64,000 nt of DNA from Schmidtea polychroa (GCA_044892525.1 CM097885.1:35466001-35530000); one strand, 5' to 3'. Positions 12,012 to 24,923 are shown, numbered from the stretch's first letter. Made by a program: numbers and translations. Notes: a model not told the origin generated them from the letters alone.

Positions 12012-15000
12012 TTAAATTTGATCTTCGTCCCATTCGCTGTCGTCAAAACTGGGACTTGGAGCTGGACCGAATTCCTCATCATATTCGCTTAATTCGTCAA
12101 CTCCTAAATAGTGGCCAAATGCGTAACTTTTGTTTTTTCCTAGCCACGCGCGCTTATCATCATTATTACTTAGGGCAATTTTTGAATTTTTGAAAGTAAA
12201 AAGTTGGTGATTTCTAGTACCTATTCTAGTCTGCGGTACAGAAATCACCTGATTTGAATGAAAGCAATTTAAATATGATTCATGATTTATTGATGTCCCT
12301 GGTAATTTAACCCCCTTCGCTTTTACCGTTTCCTTACTACCTAAAAGACTATAACATTTAGGGCGTAAGAAAACCCATTCAGAATAACCTAATCCCTTGC
12401 TCTAATCTTTAAACTTCCCGATGACAGAGTCAAGGTTCCTATTATACAAGGGGTGTGTTGGATCGTAATTTGACGTATCCAATAAATTATCAGAGATCAT
12501 CTGAGGTAATAGAGTTGATAATTTTAAATTTTTTATTTCCAAAAAGAAACTGTCGGTATCACCGGCAATAATATTTATAATACATTTATATTGTCGACTG
12601 TACTTCTCCAAATCAATATATTGGAGCTGGTACATCCGCAGTTTAGACAGATCTAGTACTGTTTGACCGATGTAGCTAGGTCTGTCTAAACAAATCGAAT
12701 CTTTTTCCAAATGTGCCGCAATCAGATCGTCATCGATTCTTATAGACTTTCTGAAAGTCGGCTTTGAGGAGTATACTATCATCTTTTCGGATGAATTACA
12801 CAACCTCAAATTCATTCGTTTTTTCAGATTTTCAACGGATTTACCGTACAGACTGTTATTATACAATTTAAACAAGTCCCTATATATCTCGCTAGTAGAC
12901 TGAGATCGTAAAGTGGTGTTGGTGTCTATGTAGGATTTAAAGATAGGTCCTTGTTTAAACTTTATACATCTATGAATATTTACAACAACCGCACCTAATT
13001 CTATATACAATTTGAGAAGCCTCCAATGAAGAACATAGTTCCTCTTTGGCCAATGCGTAAGCATAAGCTTCTCAACTTTTGAATTAGGCGGGCACAACTT
13101 TTCCGGCGCAAGCGGAAAATGATTCAAAAAGTCATGCACACATTCCGGAATATCGATATCGACCTCCATAGTATACCCATATGGAAGGTTATCAATATCC
13201 GTGTTCATACATTCAAGTAAAACATCATTCAAGTTATTATTCACCCAAGAAAAATCACCATACGGAAGATTTTGGCTAAGAGCCCAACCATACAGATTAT
13301 TTATATCAATGTACAATAATTCTGTATCATCTGAAGTAGCCGTGTAATGTTTGTTAACAAATGTTAACCCACCCCGGATACCTCCCTCATAGAAATTATA
13401 CATTTCCATGTCCTGCAAAAGTACTATGGGTTCCGTTAATGTCATAAGCGCTGAGGCCCATGACATACCGGGAATCCCATAGAAATTAAGAGGATCCAGA
13501 CCATTGTAAGCAATTGCCTTACCGCGGAATTGCTGAAAATAGTCTGCGAGGAGGTATACGTCCAAGTTTAGGTAGATTAACATATAATCTAACAAATTAT
13601 TACAGTTATGCTGACTCCAAATTAGTTGAGCCTCAGCGTACTGATCTTCCGTAACATCAGACCAAATAGGAGGTAATTCTAAAGTCGATTCAAGAACATC
13701 CAAAGAAGTAGCGAAATTATATGGAAAGATACCTTTAGAGTGAATCATCGACCCTTGAAAGACAGACGAAGTTAACGGAAAAGTAGTAAGTGTTTTCACA
13801 GCTTTTGCTAAAGAACAATTAACAAATTGCATGCTGTCAATAAAACGAACAGGCAATTTGTTAATATATGCAATTAAAGATAGAAATTTTTCTGTAGAGG
13901 TAGGTATAATATTAAGTTCCCAAAAGGGAAAATCACTGAGACCATGTTTTAAAATATGGTGGAGGTCATAGCCTCGTAAATTATGAAAGACAACAGGTAA
14001 CAACTTATTAATCCTGCGAGAGACATTGCATTTCCTACATGCCGCTCCGACATATCTACCTGTAAAATGGCAATGATCTCTCACAGGATTAATAATAGAT
14101 TTTTTACACAAGTAACAAATAGTGGTAGATCGAAAGGCACGCTCCTGAGCAAAAGACAAAGTAGACATACCTTTATGACCTTCAAGTTCATAATATGGCA
14201 GGACAATTGTGACAGCAATTTCCTCCACTTTCCTCAAAAAATCCAAAATACAATTAGGTCCAAAAAAATAATAATAAAATTTAGTGTTTGTATAATTATT
14301 AATTAATAAAAGACCTGCTGATATGGGTAAATGTATTTGATGATATGTTTCATGTTCTGGTAAAACCGATTCAAAATCGGCATAAATTACGAAGGGAGGT
14401 GTAACGGTTTTTGCGTAATCTGTGAATAATAAATCCTTATTTTTAGGAAGTGTATACAAGGTTGTGCCAGTCTGATTTTTACAGCATAGAGCAACATGCT
14501 GATCGAAAGCATTCTTATATCTAAAGCCATTTAAACAATGTGGGCACCAGTTACACCTTATTTGAACGTTAACATTTTCATTTAAATGACAATTCATTAA
14601 TTTGTCCAAGTCTGTCACGGCCGTATAATGATATTTATCTTTATTACTCAAAAGTAATAAATAAATTGGCCTACCATCTATAACCTTGGAGCGATGTACA
14701 ATATTAAGATGAGGGTGGTGAGCTACATAATCCTCAGAAATATCACAATCAGAACTGGCTGGATTATAAGACAGAACGTTTATGCTTAAATTTAAATCTG
14801 GATTTTTCCTTTCAAATTTGGGGATGTTACATAGCCTCATCGGGCAATCTGTGTTTTCATCATAATTTAATAGATGTAAATATTCATAATATTTGGCGGC
14901 TCTTTGATGATTACGACCTATTTCTTCTCTTTTTAAAAGTGCAAGAATGCTATACAAGAAACACTTATGGTCGTTGTTTTTAACATTAATTATTGCGTGT

Positions 15001-16081
15001 TTTAATTTTAATGCAGATGGGGTTTTTATATAACTATGTCCGGATAATCTACTAACGGGTGCGTATTTCGTTAAAATAAAATCTATCTCTAAAATATTCA
15101 TTACTCGCCACCCGCTTCCTAAATAAGTGAATTGCTCAATCTTTTAATTTAATTTGCTCACCCCCTCGTTTATAAAGTTTGATGTAAAAACTTGCGCATT
15201 GTTAGAAAAATAATTATCCCGGATCTCCCCATCTTTTTCAAATTTAATTAAAATTGTAAATTGAATTTTTACATTGCCCATCTTTTCTATTTCCTCTATT
15301 AATCTTTCTTCAATTTTTGATGTTAGGGCTATTTTTACTAAGTTTTGATTTCTTATGTCAAATTTTAATGTTCTTCGTGATCCGTTCAAATCGGATTCTA
15401 CCATAGGTTCAAACAAAGAGCCGCCTATTTGACATATGTTGAAAGACGTTGAAGCTACACATTCATCATTGATGACTATCACTTCTTGTTGTGTAGAGGG
15501 TGCTTGTTGTGTAAAGGGTGCTTGCTGTGTGAACGATGTTGAAGCTACACATTCATCTTTGCTGATGACTATCACTTCAGGTCGCAATAATTTATTAGGA
15601 ATATAATTTTTAATTAAACCAGCAGGTCTTTTAATAGAATCTTTTTTAATAATAATAGGATCTTTTTTAATAATAATAGGATCTTTTTTAATAATAATAG
15701 GATCTTTTTTAATAATAGTATCTTTTTTAATAGTATCTGTTTTTTCTTTTATAATATTTTTTTTAATATTTTTTTTAATATTTTTAATAACATCTTTTTT
15801 AATAATATTTTTTTGTAAATTTTTTTGTAAATTTTTTTGTAATTTTTTTTTATTTTTATTTATTTTTTTAAATAAAACATTTTTTGAAATCGAAAATTAC
15901 CCTAAGTGACTATGATGTTTATTAAAAAATGTCATATATTTTATTTTTTCGCTAGTCACGCATTTGGGGCATATAAAAAAGTTGACTGAATTAAACTTTT
16001 TTCGGTAATATTTTTTCATAGTATGATGACATTGTTCATTGTGGCCAATTGAGGATTGGCAATAATTTGGGTATAGTCTAC
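12012..16081 (-). pseudogene. polB: Protein-primed family B DNA polymerase with endonuclease VII-like Zn domain; two premature stops
   Basis: Exonuclease YADFES and FHNLRGYD; polymerase YIDINNLYG, KLYNNSLYGK, GDTDS; CYLC..RDHCH..G.Y.GAAC..CN. ORFs 15144-15587, 12402-15101 and 12012-12248 are one frame broken by TAA (15144-6) and TAG (12402-4) where element C has Glu. A Cys/His N-terminal exon starts after an AG acceptor at 16082. Confidence 0.95.
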
Positions 16082-16139
16082 CTGTTAAATAAAAAATTAA
16101 AGTTTTATTCTTTTTCTATATTGAAAACTAATTGTTACA

Positions 16140-16213
16140 TCTATAAGGATTTATCATCATTTGTTATTTAATTCAAATGAACTATATAACAAATGATGAT
16201 AAATCCTTATAGA
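16140..16213. repeat. Perfect 28-bp inverted repeat with 18-nt loop
   Basis: TCTATAAGGATTTATCATCATTTGTTAT (16140-16167) and its exact reverse complement (16186-16213). Confidence 0.9.
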
Positions 16214-16321
16214 AAATAGGTTAATATATTCGAGAGAATATTAGAGAGATTTTAGTATATGGGTCAGATTATTATTATATGAATATGTTAAATATTAGAG
16301 AGACTATAGTAGACGAGTCAG

Positions 16322-16443
<122 letters not shown>

Positions 16444-16448
16444 GAGAA

Positions 16449-16671
16449 GTAGCTGCATGCTCACTGCAGACTACTATATAGCTACATGCTTACTGTAGAC
16501 TATAGTAGAAGGGTCAGATTATATTATTATTTATATTATTATCATTATTATTTATATTATTATTATTATTATTTATATTAATGAGAAGTAGCTGCATGCT
16601 CACTGCAGACTACTATGTAGCTACATGCTTACTGTAGACTACTATGTAGCTACATGCTTACTGTAGACTAC
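16449..16671. repeat. Five copies of a 26-bp imperfect palindrome (GTAGCTGCATGCTCACTGCAGACTAC type)
   Basis: Units start at 16449, 16478, 16588, 16617 and 16646. Further copies at 11665-11690 and, diverged, at 61103-61128. Confidence 0.85.
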
Positions 16672-16678
16672 ATTATTA

Positions 16679-16754
<76 letters not shown>

Positions 16755-17297
16755 TTAACTATTGAGGATGCACATTGCAAACTACAAGGATTTTATAACT
16801 ATAATTTCGTAATAACTTTTTAAAATATTTTCATAATAATTTCAAAAACGTAGTATTTACTTCATATAATCATTTTCATCATAAATCATTTTCTTCATAA
16901 TTTTCGTCATAAGTTTCATCATAATTTTGGTCATAAATCATTTTCATTTTCTTCATAAATTTTCGTCATTATTTCATAATAAATCATTTTCATCATAATT
17001 TCATAATAAATCATTTTCATCATAATTTTGGTCATAAATCATAAATCATTTTCATCATAAATTTTCTTCATATTTTCATCATAATCATTTTCTTCATAAA
17101 TCATTTTTTCATCATAATTTTTTTGGCATATTTTCATCATAAAATCATTTTCTTCAAGAGTTTCATTATAATTTTTATCCAAATATTTAAAAAATTTTTA
17201 TCAAAATGTTTTTATGAAAATATTTTAAAAAGTTATTACGAAATTTTAAATATATGTAAAAAAAAATATATATATATAAAAAATAAATAATTCTTAC

Positions 17298-17933
17298 ATT
17301 GGGATTCCATGTCGGAATCATCCTCAGACAGGATATTACCAATTTCATCATCATCTTCAGAGAGGGCATAGATATTATTACCAATTTCATCTTCATCATC
17401 ATCTTCAGAGAGGACATTGACATTATTACCAATTTCATCTTCAGAGAGGACATTGACATTATTACCAATTTCATCTTCAGAGAGGACATTGACATTATTA
17501 TTATTAATTTCATCATCAGAGAGGGTATTGACATTATTATTATTAATTTCATCTGCATCAATGTCAACATTGAAAACTGGGGCAATTGAAACATTTCCTA
17601 AAATGAAAAAAAATTAATTTAATAAAAATTAAAATTATAAATTTACCAAAGATCTTATTAGGAGCATCAGTTTGCCCAAGAAAAACGACATCATCGTCGT
17701 CGCTATTTAAAACCTTTTCTAAAATGCAAAAATTAATTTAATAAAAATTAAAATTATAAATTTACCAAAGATATTTTCCACATTTAAAATCGAATCGTCT
17801 TCGGTAACCTCATACCAGTCGAATGGTTCTAAAAGAATAAAATAAAATATAATAAAATAGAATAAAATAAATTACCATTCGTCAAAAGACTTCTCAAAAC
17901 GCGATTGTTAATAGGTAAATTGTTATTTTGCAT
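17298..17933 (-). CDS. Four-exon acidic (Asp/Glu/Asn-rich) coding region, probable 5' leader of polB
   Basis: Exons 17933-17876, 17828-17766, 17718-17647 and 17597-17298 join through GT-AG introns of 47, 47 and 49 nt, all phase 1, into one open frame (MQNNNLPINNRVLRSLL...SEDDSDMESQ). A GTAAG donor follows at 17297. Confidence 0.75.
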
Positions 17934-18279
17934 TTTAGTTAGTTAAAGTGATTTTTGAAAAATTTAGAAAAATTGTGACAAATTTTAGATTTGTCGATGT
18001 TTATAAAGAGAATGAATATTTTCCTGTCCCAGCCAATGAGAATATAGACACACACACATATACACTGAATATTTTACTCACTCAACCAATCACACGCATG
18101 CATGCATGTAATGTAAATCACTCGGAATTACATGTGACTGCCTTTGTTAGTCATGCCTTTGTAAACTTGCACTGTGCATGCCTCACTCAAAGGTAGTCTT
18201 TATGTTACAAATAATAATATTTATTAGAATAATAATAAAATTAATTAAAAATAATAATATTTTTCACAATAATAATAAT

Positions 18280-18346
<67 letters not shown>

Positions 18347-18430
18347 TTAATAATAATAATATTAATAACAATCACAACAACAAAGGAAAGGATACATTTA
18401 TTAAACATCAAATTTATTAAACATTTTTCT

Positions 18431-18842
18431 TTAAACATCAAATTTTTTGTACAATAACCAAGCTAAACAATGTTGACCGCATGTTTGGGTCAATGGATTT
18501 TGAAACATAGTTTTATTATACACAATAAGTTTCCCCATTGTTTGTAGTTTTGATATCAAGAAAGCCGGGTAATAAAAACCCATAGGATCGAACACGAATA
18601 TATTACCAGGTTTGACATATATAGCTATCCAATGTTCTCCACCAAGATGAGACGATTGAGTATTGACGATTATTGCTTGATTATTGCTCAAATATGGAAT
18701 TTTATCTAGAGGAAAAACTCCAACAAATTCATTTCCCAATATCTGTTTTCCGATTTTATTGACCTGAACAGAACTACTTAAATAAATCCAGAGTATAAAA
18801 AACAACTTACTCCATGATAACTTTTTGTGTTTCAATATACAT
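18431..18842 (-). CDS. Adenain-like cysteine (maturation) protease, with a short 5' intron
   Basis: GVFPLD..IVNT....GEHWIA...FDPMG...Q......CGQHC. The likely start is ATG 18842 or 18815, followed by a GTAAGT intron 18810-18774 (tandem AAG/TAG acceptors), giving MDSVQVNKIG. Confidence 0.9.
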
Positions 18843-20057
18843 TTATACCAACACTGTTCTATTTGCAGTAATTTGAACTTCATTTTCAAATACTCCATAT
18901 ATTATAACATGTACTGGTTCAGTAATAGCTTTTGCAAACTTTATATCCAGTCGTAAATTTCCATTTTGAGGTAATTGACTTTGATTTAAATCAAAATCAG
19001 GGGCTAAAACAAATGTAAAAAATGGGTATTTGCTTTTAAAATCTTCTAGAGTTATTCCACAATTCAAATTTTTATCTAAATAACCCAGATTTCTAACAAT
19101 ACTCTGCATATATGTCGCACAGAAATTGTCATTCTCGAAATCTTGAATATATGTTTCTCTATAATCAGTATTTTTCGACAAAGTCAATGAAGTAACATTA
19201 AAGTTTTTGAAAATTGAGCTGGACGCAGTATATGATCCATTATATTGTGCTTCACTTTGAAATGTTATCAGAATAAAATTAGGCATTCTTCTGTCACCAA
19301 ATATTTGTTCTTTATAGAATGATGAAGCACCTTTAGCAATAGCAAATTGTACAATTTCCTTTGTTTTTAATGGATAAATTGCATGTTTTGAATTAAGACC
19401 CAATTGATGACCTGCTAATACTACTCGTACTCTTCTCACCAATAATTTTGCATCAACTAATTGACATATTGGTGCACCTGTAGCACTAGTAAGAGTTAGT
19501 GCAGAATCGGATCTTTTCAATCGAATGTGGACATTAACTCCTGGAAGCAAATATTTCGGTTGATCCATAAAATCGAGTTGTAACGATGAACACTTGGTGA
19601 ATGTTTTTGAGCCTTTAATCCACTTTTTTCTTTCATCGTCGGTTGCAGCATATCCCATTGGAGTAAGACATGTATTTTTAGTATCGGAATTGTAATTTAA
19701 AATAGTTTCTATCAAAGCCTTGTGAATGAATGTATTATTACCACCTTCAATCTTGATATTATTAAATCCCAACACAGCATCTTTAAAAAGAGTATGAAAC
19801 ATGAAATTGTTCGGTATTGCATCAGCAGCATCACCCAAAGCTTTTTTATCTTTATCTATAACCTTGATCTGAACAGTCAATAAAGTATCGTTTAAATCTA
19901 AATATTCAGTTTGCGAACCATTAAAATAAAACTCTATATCATTTCTACTATCAGTAATTGAATTCATTGGAAAAACTTCCTCAAACGCCCCAAATTCTAT
20001 TACAGCCTGGGGCGACGGTCTATCAAATATACATAATTCAGATTTACCACAAATCAT
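18843..20057 (-). CDS. Major capsid protein (double jelly-roll; hexon/PY-like)
   Basis: 404 aa. N-terminal KSELCIF..P.PQ..I, IEF..G....YLDLNDTLL, DFMDQPKYLLPGV.V.I.LKRS and a C-terminal GNLRLDIKF, typical of Polinton/adintovirus MCPs. Lies next to the protease. Confidence 0.85.
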   Translation of the reverse strand: MICGKSELCIFDRPSPQAVIEFGAFEEVFPMNSITDSRNDIEFYFNGSQTEYLDLNDTLLTVQIKVIDKDKKALGDAADAIPNNFMFHTLFKDAVLGFNNIKIEGGNNTFIHKALIETILNYNSDTKNTCLTPMGYAATDDERKKWIKGSKTFTKCSSLQLDFMDQPKYLLPGVNVHIRLKRSDSALTLTSATGAPICQLVDAKLLVRRVRVVLAGHQLGLNSKHAIYPLKTKEIVQFAIAKGASSFYKEQIFGDRRMPNFILITFQSEAQYNGSYTASSSIFKNFNVTSLTLSKNTDYRETYIQDFENDNFCATYMQSIVRNLGYLDKNLNCGITLEDFKSKYPFFTFVLAPDFDLNQSQLPQNGNLRLDIKFAKAITEPVHVIIYGVFENEVQITANRTVLV

Positions 20058-20422
20058 TTTGCAAATATAGTTCCATGGCCTTTCATTCGTTTGTTTATAC
20101 GTGATATTCCATGTCTTTTACGTTTTGGAGCATGAGCTGGAGCTGGAGGTTTTTCTTTTTGAAACATACCTGCAACCCCGGGTAAAACTTTCCCTAATTC
20201 TGCTAAAGCATTTGATTTTAGAGATGGTAATATTTTCTGTTCATTCATAATAACATCTTTAGCAGTTTTCATACCAAAACTACCAATACGTTTAAGAATA
20301 GGAAGTGCAAATCTACCAATTGTTCTCAACCATTCTGATCCGTACTGTTTACCAATAAAATATGGTAATTCACCGCCAGATTGGCTACCACTATACATAC
20401 TTATAATATCCGAATTAGCCAT
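20054..20422 (-). CDS. Putative virion core/membrane-active protein
   Basis: 122 aa with QSGG and QYG motifs (possible protease sites), an amphipathic WLRTIGRFALPILKRIG segment and a basic C-terminus. Sits between the minor and major capsid genes. Confidence 0.6.
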   Translation of the reverse strand: MANSDIISMYSGSQSGGELPYFIGKQYGSEWLRTIGRFALPILKRIGSFGMKTAKDVIMNEQKILPSLKSNALAELGKVLPGVAGMFQKEKPPAPAHAPKRKRHGISRINKRMKGHGTIFAK

Positions 20423-21415
20423 CTACTTTACGAAAATGTAATGTTAAATGAGTTTTTGAATCTTTTGGAAATGCGATTAATTTACCAGAATCATCACGTA
20501 TATTTATTTCTATATTGTTTATACATGAGGTTGACACAGGTAAATACATGGGATTATCGATATTTATATTGACTACTTCATCATGTTCATATTTTTCAAT
20601 CCAAACAGATTTCAGGAGTGGGACCAAAGAATCGCCAACAATTACAGGATCAACAATATTACTATAGATGAACATTTGTTGGTGAAGTTTAATTATTTTC
20701 GGAGCTAGGGTACCTTGATCATCTTGAGCATATGTTGCTTTTGATAATCCTAATGTTTTTATTAGATTTGCATCAAAAGTAATTTCAGTAAATTCGGGAT
20801 TCAAACTGAATTTGAATCTGTCTGATATTTCCAATGATTTAAATAAACCACTTTGTTTTAAATATGTCTGTAATTCATCCAATTTCGAAATGTATAAATT
20901 ATCTTTGAACTCAAATGTACCAGACGTTATACCCGGATATGAAACTGTAAATAAAATTGGTTCAAATCGCTGTACAGTTTTGGAATATCCCGGTCGTAGC
21001 ACAGTGAATTTATCGGAAAGAACTTTATGACTTTGGGTTTTTAATTCCAATCGTTTTGCCATTTCCAAACTATCAAATTTTACAGTAAAAGGATAATGTT
21101 TACATTCAACTACTATATATGGATGGTTAATATACATTTTCACAGCTGGATCAGTTGAATTAGACAACCGAACTTCATCATCTGCATTATCAATGATCAT
21201 AGACAATAATCTATCCTGCCACTCATTCTTTTTGTATCCAATTTTAGCCTTACTATAAAATGGAAAGGCTTGGTATACAAATGTAAAATCCAACAGAGCA
21301 ACTTCCCAGCTATTATCCAAATATATCGGATTTTGAAGATTGACCCTGAATATGCTGGCTTTATTATCTGGATGAATAAGTGGACAGCTATTGCTAGGTA
21401 AAATAATATAAAAAT

Positions 21416-21419
<4 letters not shown>
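20415..21419 (-). CDS. Minor capsid protein (penton/PX-like)
   Basis: Starts MNFYIILPSNSC...N....F.V.L..PI.L...WEVAL and ends FIYSNIVDP..VGD...PLL...Y.PV....I..IEINIRD..G..I.F......LHFR, the Polinton minor capsid pattern. Confidence 0.85.
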
Positions 21420-22537
<1,118 letters not shown>

Positions 22538-22598
22538 TACAACAAGAAGATTTAAAATTAAATTTAATGTCGGGCAATGAAGGATTAGCACCCATTGT

Positions 22599-22871
22599 TT
22601 ATGATTGATTTCCTACAACTCCACCTAATAATGATAATGCCAGAGGTATCAATGCACCAATAAATCCACCTTGTTGTTTATATATAATTTTCCTCATTTG
22701 CTTACGATTTTTATTATTTACTAAAGATAACAATGGTTTCCTATGTTTGCTCAATAAATGCTTTTTTGATTTACTGATTTTAATTTTACCTTTGACTACT
22801 TTAAGTATAATATTGAGTAAATCATCGACAACAAAATTTGGGAATGATTGCAATATATTCATTCTTTTCAT
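22599..22871 (-). CDS. Small basic virion protein with a GG^F cleavage site and C-terminal amphipathic helix
   Basis: ...KQQGGFIGALIPLALSLLGG, a motif typical of a conserved small Polinton/adintovirus protein. Confidence 0.7.
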   Translation of the reverse strand: MKRMNILQSFPNFVVDDLLNIILKVVKGKIKISKSKKHLLSKHRKPLLSLVNNKNRKQMRKIIYKQQGGFIGALIPLALSLLGGVVGNQS

Positions 22872-23131
22872 ACTCGGGCCTTTAACAATGCATTAAAAAA
22901 TGGAAAACTGCGATGATTTTTAACTACTTTTTTACCGGTTTTACGAGTTTTACGGGTTTTACGTTTAGGTTTAGGATTTTTCGAAATAAGATTCATTGCA
23001 GAGAAATTTTCAGTTACAAGTTTTTTAGACGGTGTATAACTAGTTGTTGGTGGAACTTTTGGAACTTTAATACTCTTTCTAATACTTTTTCTTAATTTCC
23101 TAATATTTTTCACCCTTGCTTTTAGAAACAT
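22868..23131 (-). CDS. Highly basic 87-aa protein, possible DNA-condensing core protein
   Basis: Lys/Arg-rich (PKPKRKTRKTRKTGKK). ATGA overlap with the next gene. Confidence 0.55.
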   Translation of the reverse strand: MFLKARVKNIRKLRKSIRKSIKVPKVPPTTSYTPSKKLVTENFSAMNLISKNPKPKRKTRKTRKTGKKVVKNHRSFPFFNALLKARV

Positions 23132-23149
23132 TATTATTCATAGAGGTTT

Positions 23150-23776
23150 TCAACTTTGTTTATAAACCATGGCACCTTTTGGGTTGAAAATATCTGTTTT
23201 TACTCGTAAATCATCGGGACATTGTTGTGTGAAATCAAGAAATATATATCCATGAGGTATTTTTGTTGCATCTTGAAATGCACTGATAAGAAAATTACGA
23301 TTGTTAGGGTATGCTTGACGTGCAAGAAAATCAATCACTGTTGCATCTCTAGGATTCTTGAAAATAACTAAATATTGTACATTTAAATTACGTGTTCGAT
23401 GTGCCCCACCTTGATGAAATAGATTTTGTGTTATGAAAATAACTGTTACACCGACATGTCTGCTGATCTTTGTAAATAAATTATTAAAATCTTTTTCTTT
23501 ATTAGCTTCTTGATACAAATCATCGATAATAATGACATCACCTTTCTTTAATCGGCTGGACCAGTTTTTATCGAATCCCTTTACAATTTTCATGTTTTTT
23601 AATTTACAAAAACTTGATTGAGTTAATCCATGTTCTTCATCAGCACCCCTATGCCAATAAATCCTGTTGAATTTTGATTTGAATAAATTTGATTTTAGTA
23701 ATTTACAAACAAATAATGTTTTTCCACTACCACTCGGACCAACGATTTGGTATACTGCATCATTTCTTAATTCCAT
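23150..23776 (-). CDS. A32/FtsK-like DNA packaging ATPase
   Basis: Walker A GPSGSGKT, Walker B IIIDD, SRH...TVIFITQNLF, and FKNPRD motifs. Confidence 0.95.
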   Translation of the reverse strand: MELRNDAVYQIVGPSGSGKTLFVCKLLKSNLFKSKFNRIYWHRGADEEHGLTQSSFCKLKNMKIVKGFDKNWSSRLKKGDVIIIDDLYQEANKEKDFNNLFTKISRHVGVTVIFITQNLFHQGGAHRTRNLNVQYLVIFKNPRDATVIDFLARQAYPNNRNFLISAFQDATKIPHGYIFLDFTQQCPDDLRVKTDIFNPKGAMVYKQS

Positions 23777-23874
23777 TTCAAAATTTTATATATGTGTATT
23801 TGTTTATATTCGATGATTTAATGAACTCGTGCTCAATTTGTATATAAAGACTAATTTTCATAAATGATTTAATA

Positions 23875-24279
23875 ATGTTAGCAAATATAAATTATCGAGG
23901 AAATTTTGATGTATCGAATATGAGGTTCCCACCAGGGAAACCCCAGCAAATTATCGATAGAAGCGGGAAATATCCGATAATATTTTTCAAGACTGGTAAA
24001 TGCAGAATCATGGGATGTAAGAAACCTTTGGATATTAATAAATTACAATATCGAATAAATAATATTATAATCCAATCAATTACCGTTACTATGGATATGG
24101 GACATAGTATCAATCTATATAACATGTCGAAAAAATGTGATTGTATGTTTGAACCGGAATTGTTATGTGTCAACGTGTTTGCTAGTGGAAAGGTTGTCAT
24201 GTTGGGGTTGAGAAATTTGGAGTATAGAGAATTTGTTGAGAAGGTTCGAAATGAGATAATTTCATTGGTCGATTTCTAA
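23875..24279 (+). CDS. Miniature TATA-binding-protein (TBP)-like protein
   Basis: Two TBP-type repeats: NINYRG...IIFFKTGKCRIMGCK and IQSITVTMDMG..INL......FEPEL..VNVFASGKVVMLGLR. Compare TBP YEPELFPGL and IFVSGKVVLTGAK. Confidence 0.75.
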   Translation: MLANINYRGNFDVSNMRFPPGKPQQIIDRSGKYPIIFFKTGKCRIMGCKKPLDINKLQYRINNIIIQSITVTMDMGHSINLYNMSKKCDCMFEPELLCVNVFASGKVVMLGLRNLEYREFVEKVRNEIISLVDF

Positions 24280-24356
24280 TTGGTTAATTTCTAATTGGTT
24301 ATTGATTGATTTAAACAAACGGTTTTTTGTTTAGGATTCATTTATTCAACAACAAC

Positions 24357-24774
24357 ATGTACAAAATTCCGAGCGCCGCGAATCTCATGAAGGATATTGA
24401 TGATTATGGTAAATTTAAAATTTTTATTTTCACATTTTTTTAAATTTATTATTTTAGAAAAATATTTAGAAATAATGATAAATAGGATAAAATATTATTA
24501 TCCGCAAATTGCTGAAGTAATCAAAGATCGGGAACCAGAAATCATACCAGATTTGATTTTTTATGCCACGCAAATTAGAATAATGGAGGTCTTTCATCAA
24601 TTTTTATGGGATGTTAAGATCAACAGAACAATGAAGCAAATGGAGCCGGAGTACCAATGCATCATCGGATGCTCATGCTGTGCCGATCGATATCGGCGAT
24701 ATGTCGAATGGGAGTTAGTGAAAACTCTGAGAAGGTTTCACTACTCCCGGATTGTAGATTTAGGTTACCAATAA
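24357..24774 (+). CDS. Two-exon hypothetical protein with a Cys cluster (CIIGCSCC)
   Basis: ATG at 24357 (MYKIPSAANLMKDIDDY). A 49-nt GT-AG intron (24409-24457) joins in frame to EKYLEIMINR. AATAAA overlaps the stop. Confidence 0.65.
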
Positions 24775-24860
24775 ATGTATTTTTTATTGTGTTTTATCTT
24801 TTTTATATTTGAAATAATAATAGTAATAATAATAATAATAATAGAAATAGTAATAATAAA

Positions 24861-24923
<63 letters not shown>

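Noticed and set aside
16449..16474. Iron-responsive element (CAGUGA on the minus strand)
   Set aside because: The five bases on either side of CAGUGA do not pair, and the hexamer is not kept in the element C copy.
16449..16671. CRISPR-like array of palindromic repeats
   Set aside because: Units are adjacent or separated by low-complexity DNA, with no unique constant-length spacers and no cas genes; the context is eukaryotic.
17187..17617. ORF-track proteins 17187-17594, 17299-17589 and 17417-17617
   Set aside because: Alternative frames of the repetitive exon 4; the spliced acidic frame explains the region and has a homologue in element C.
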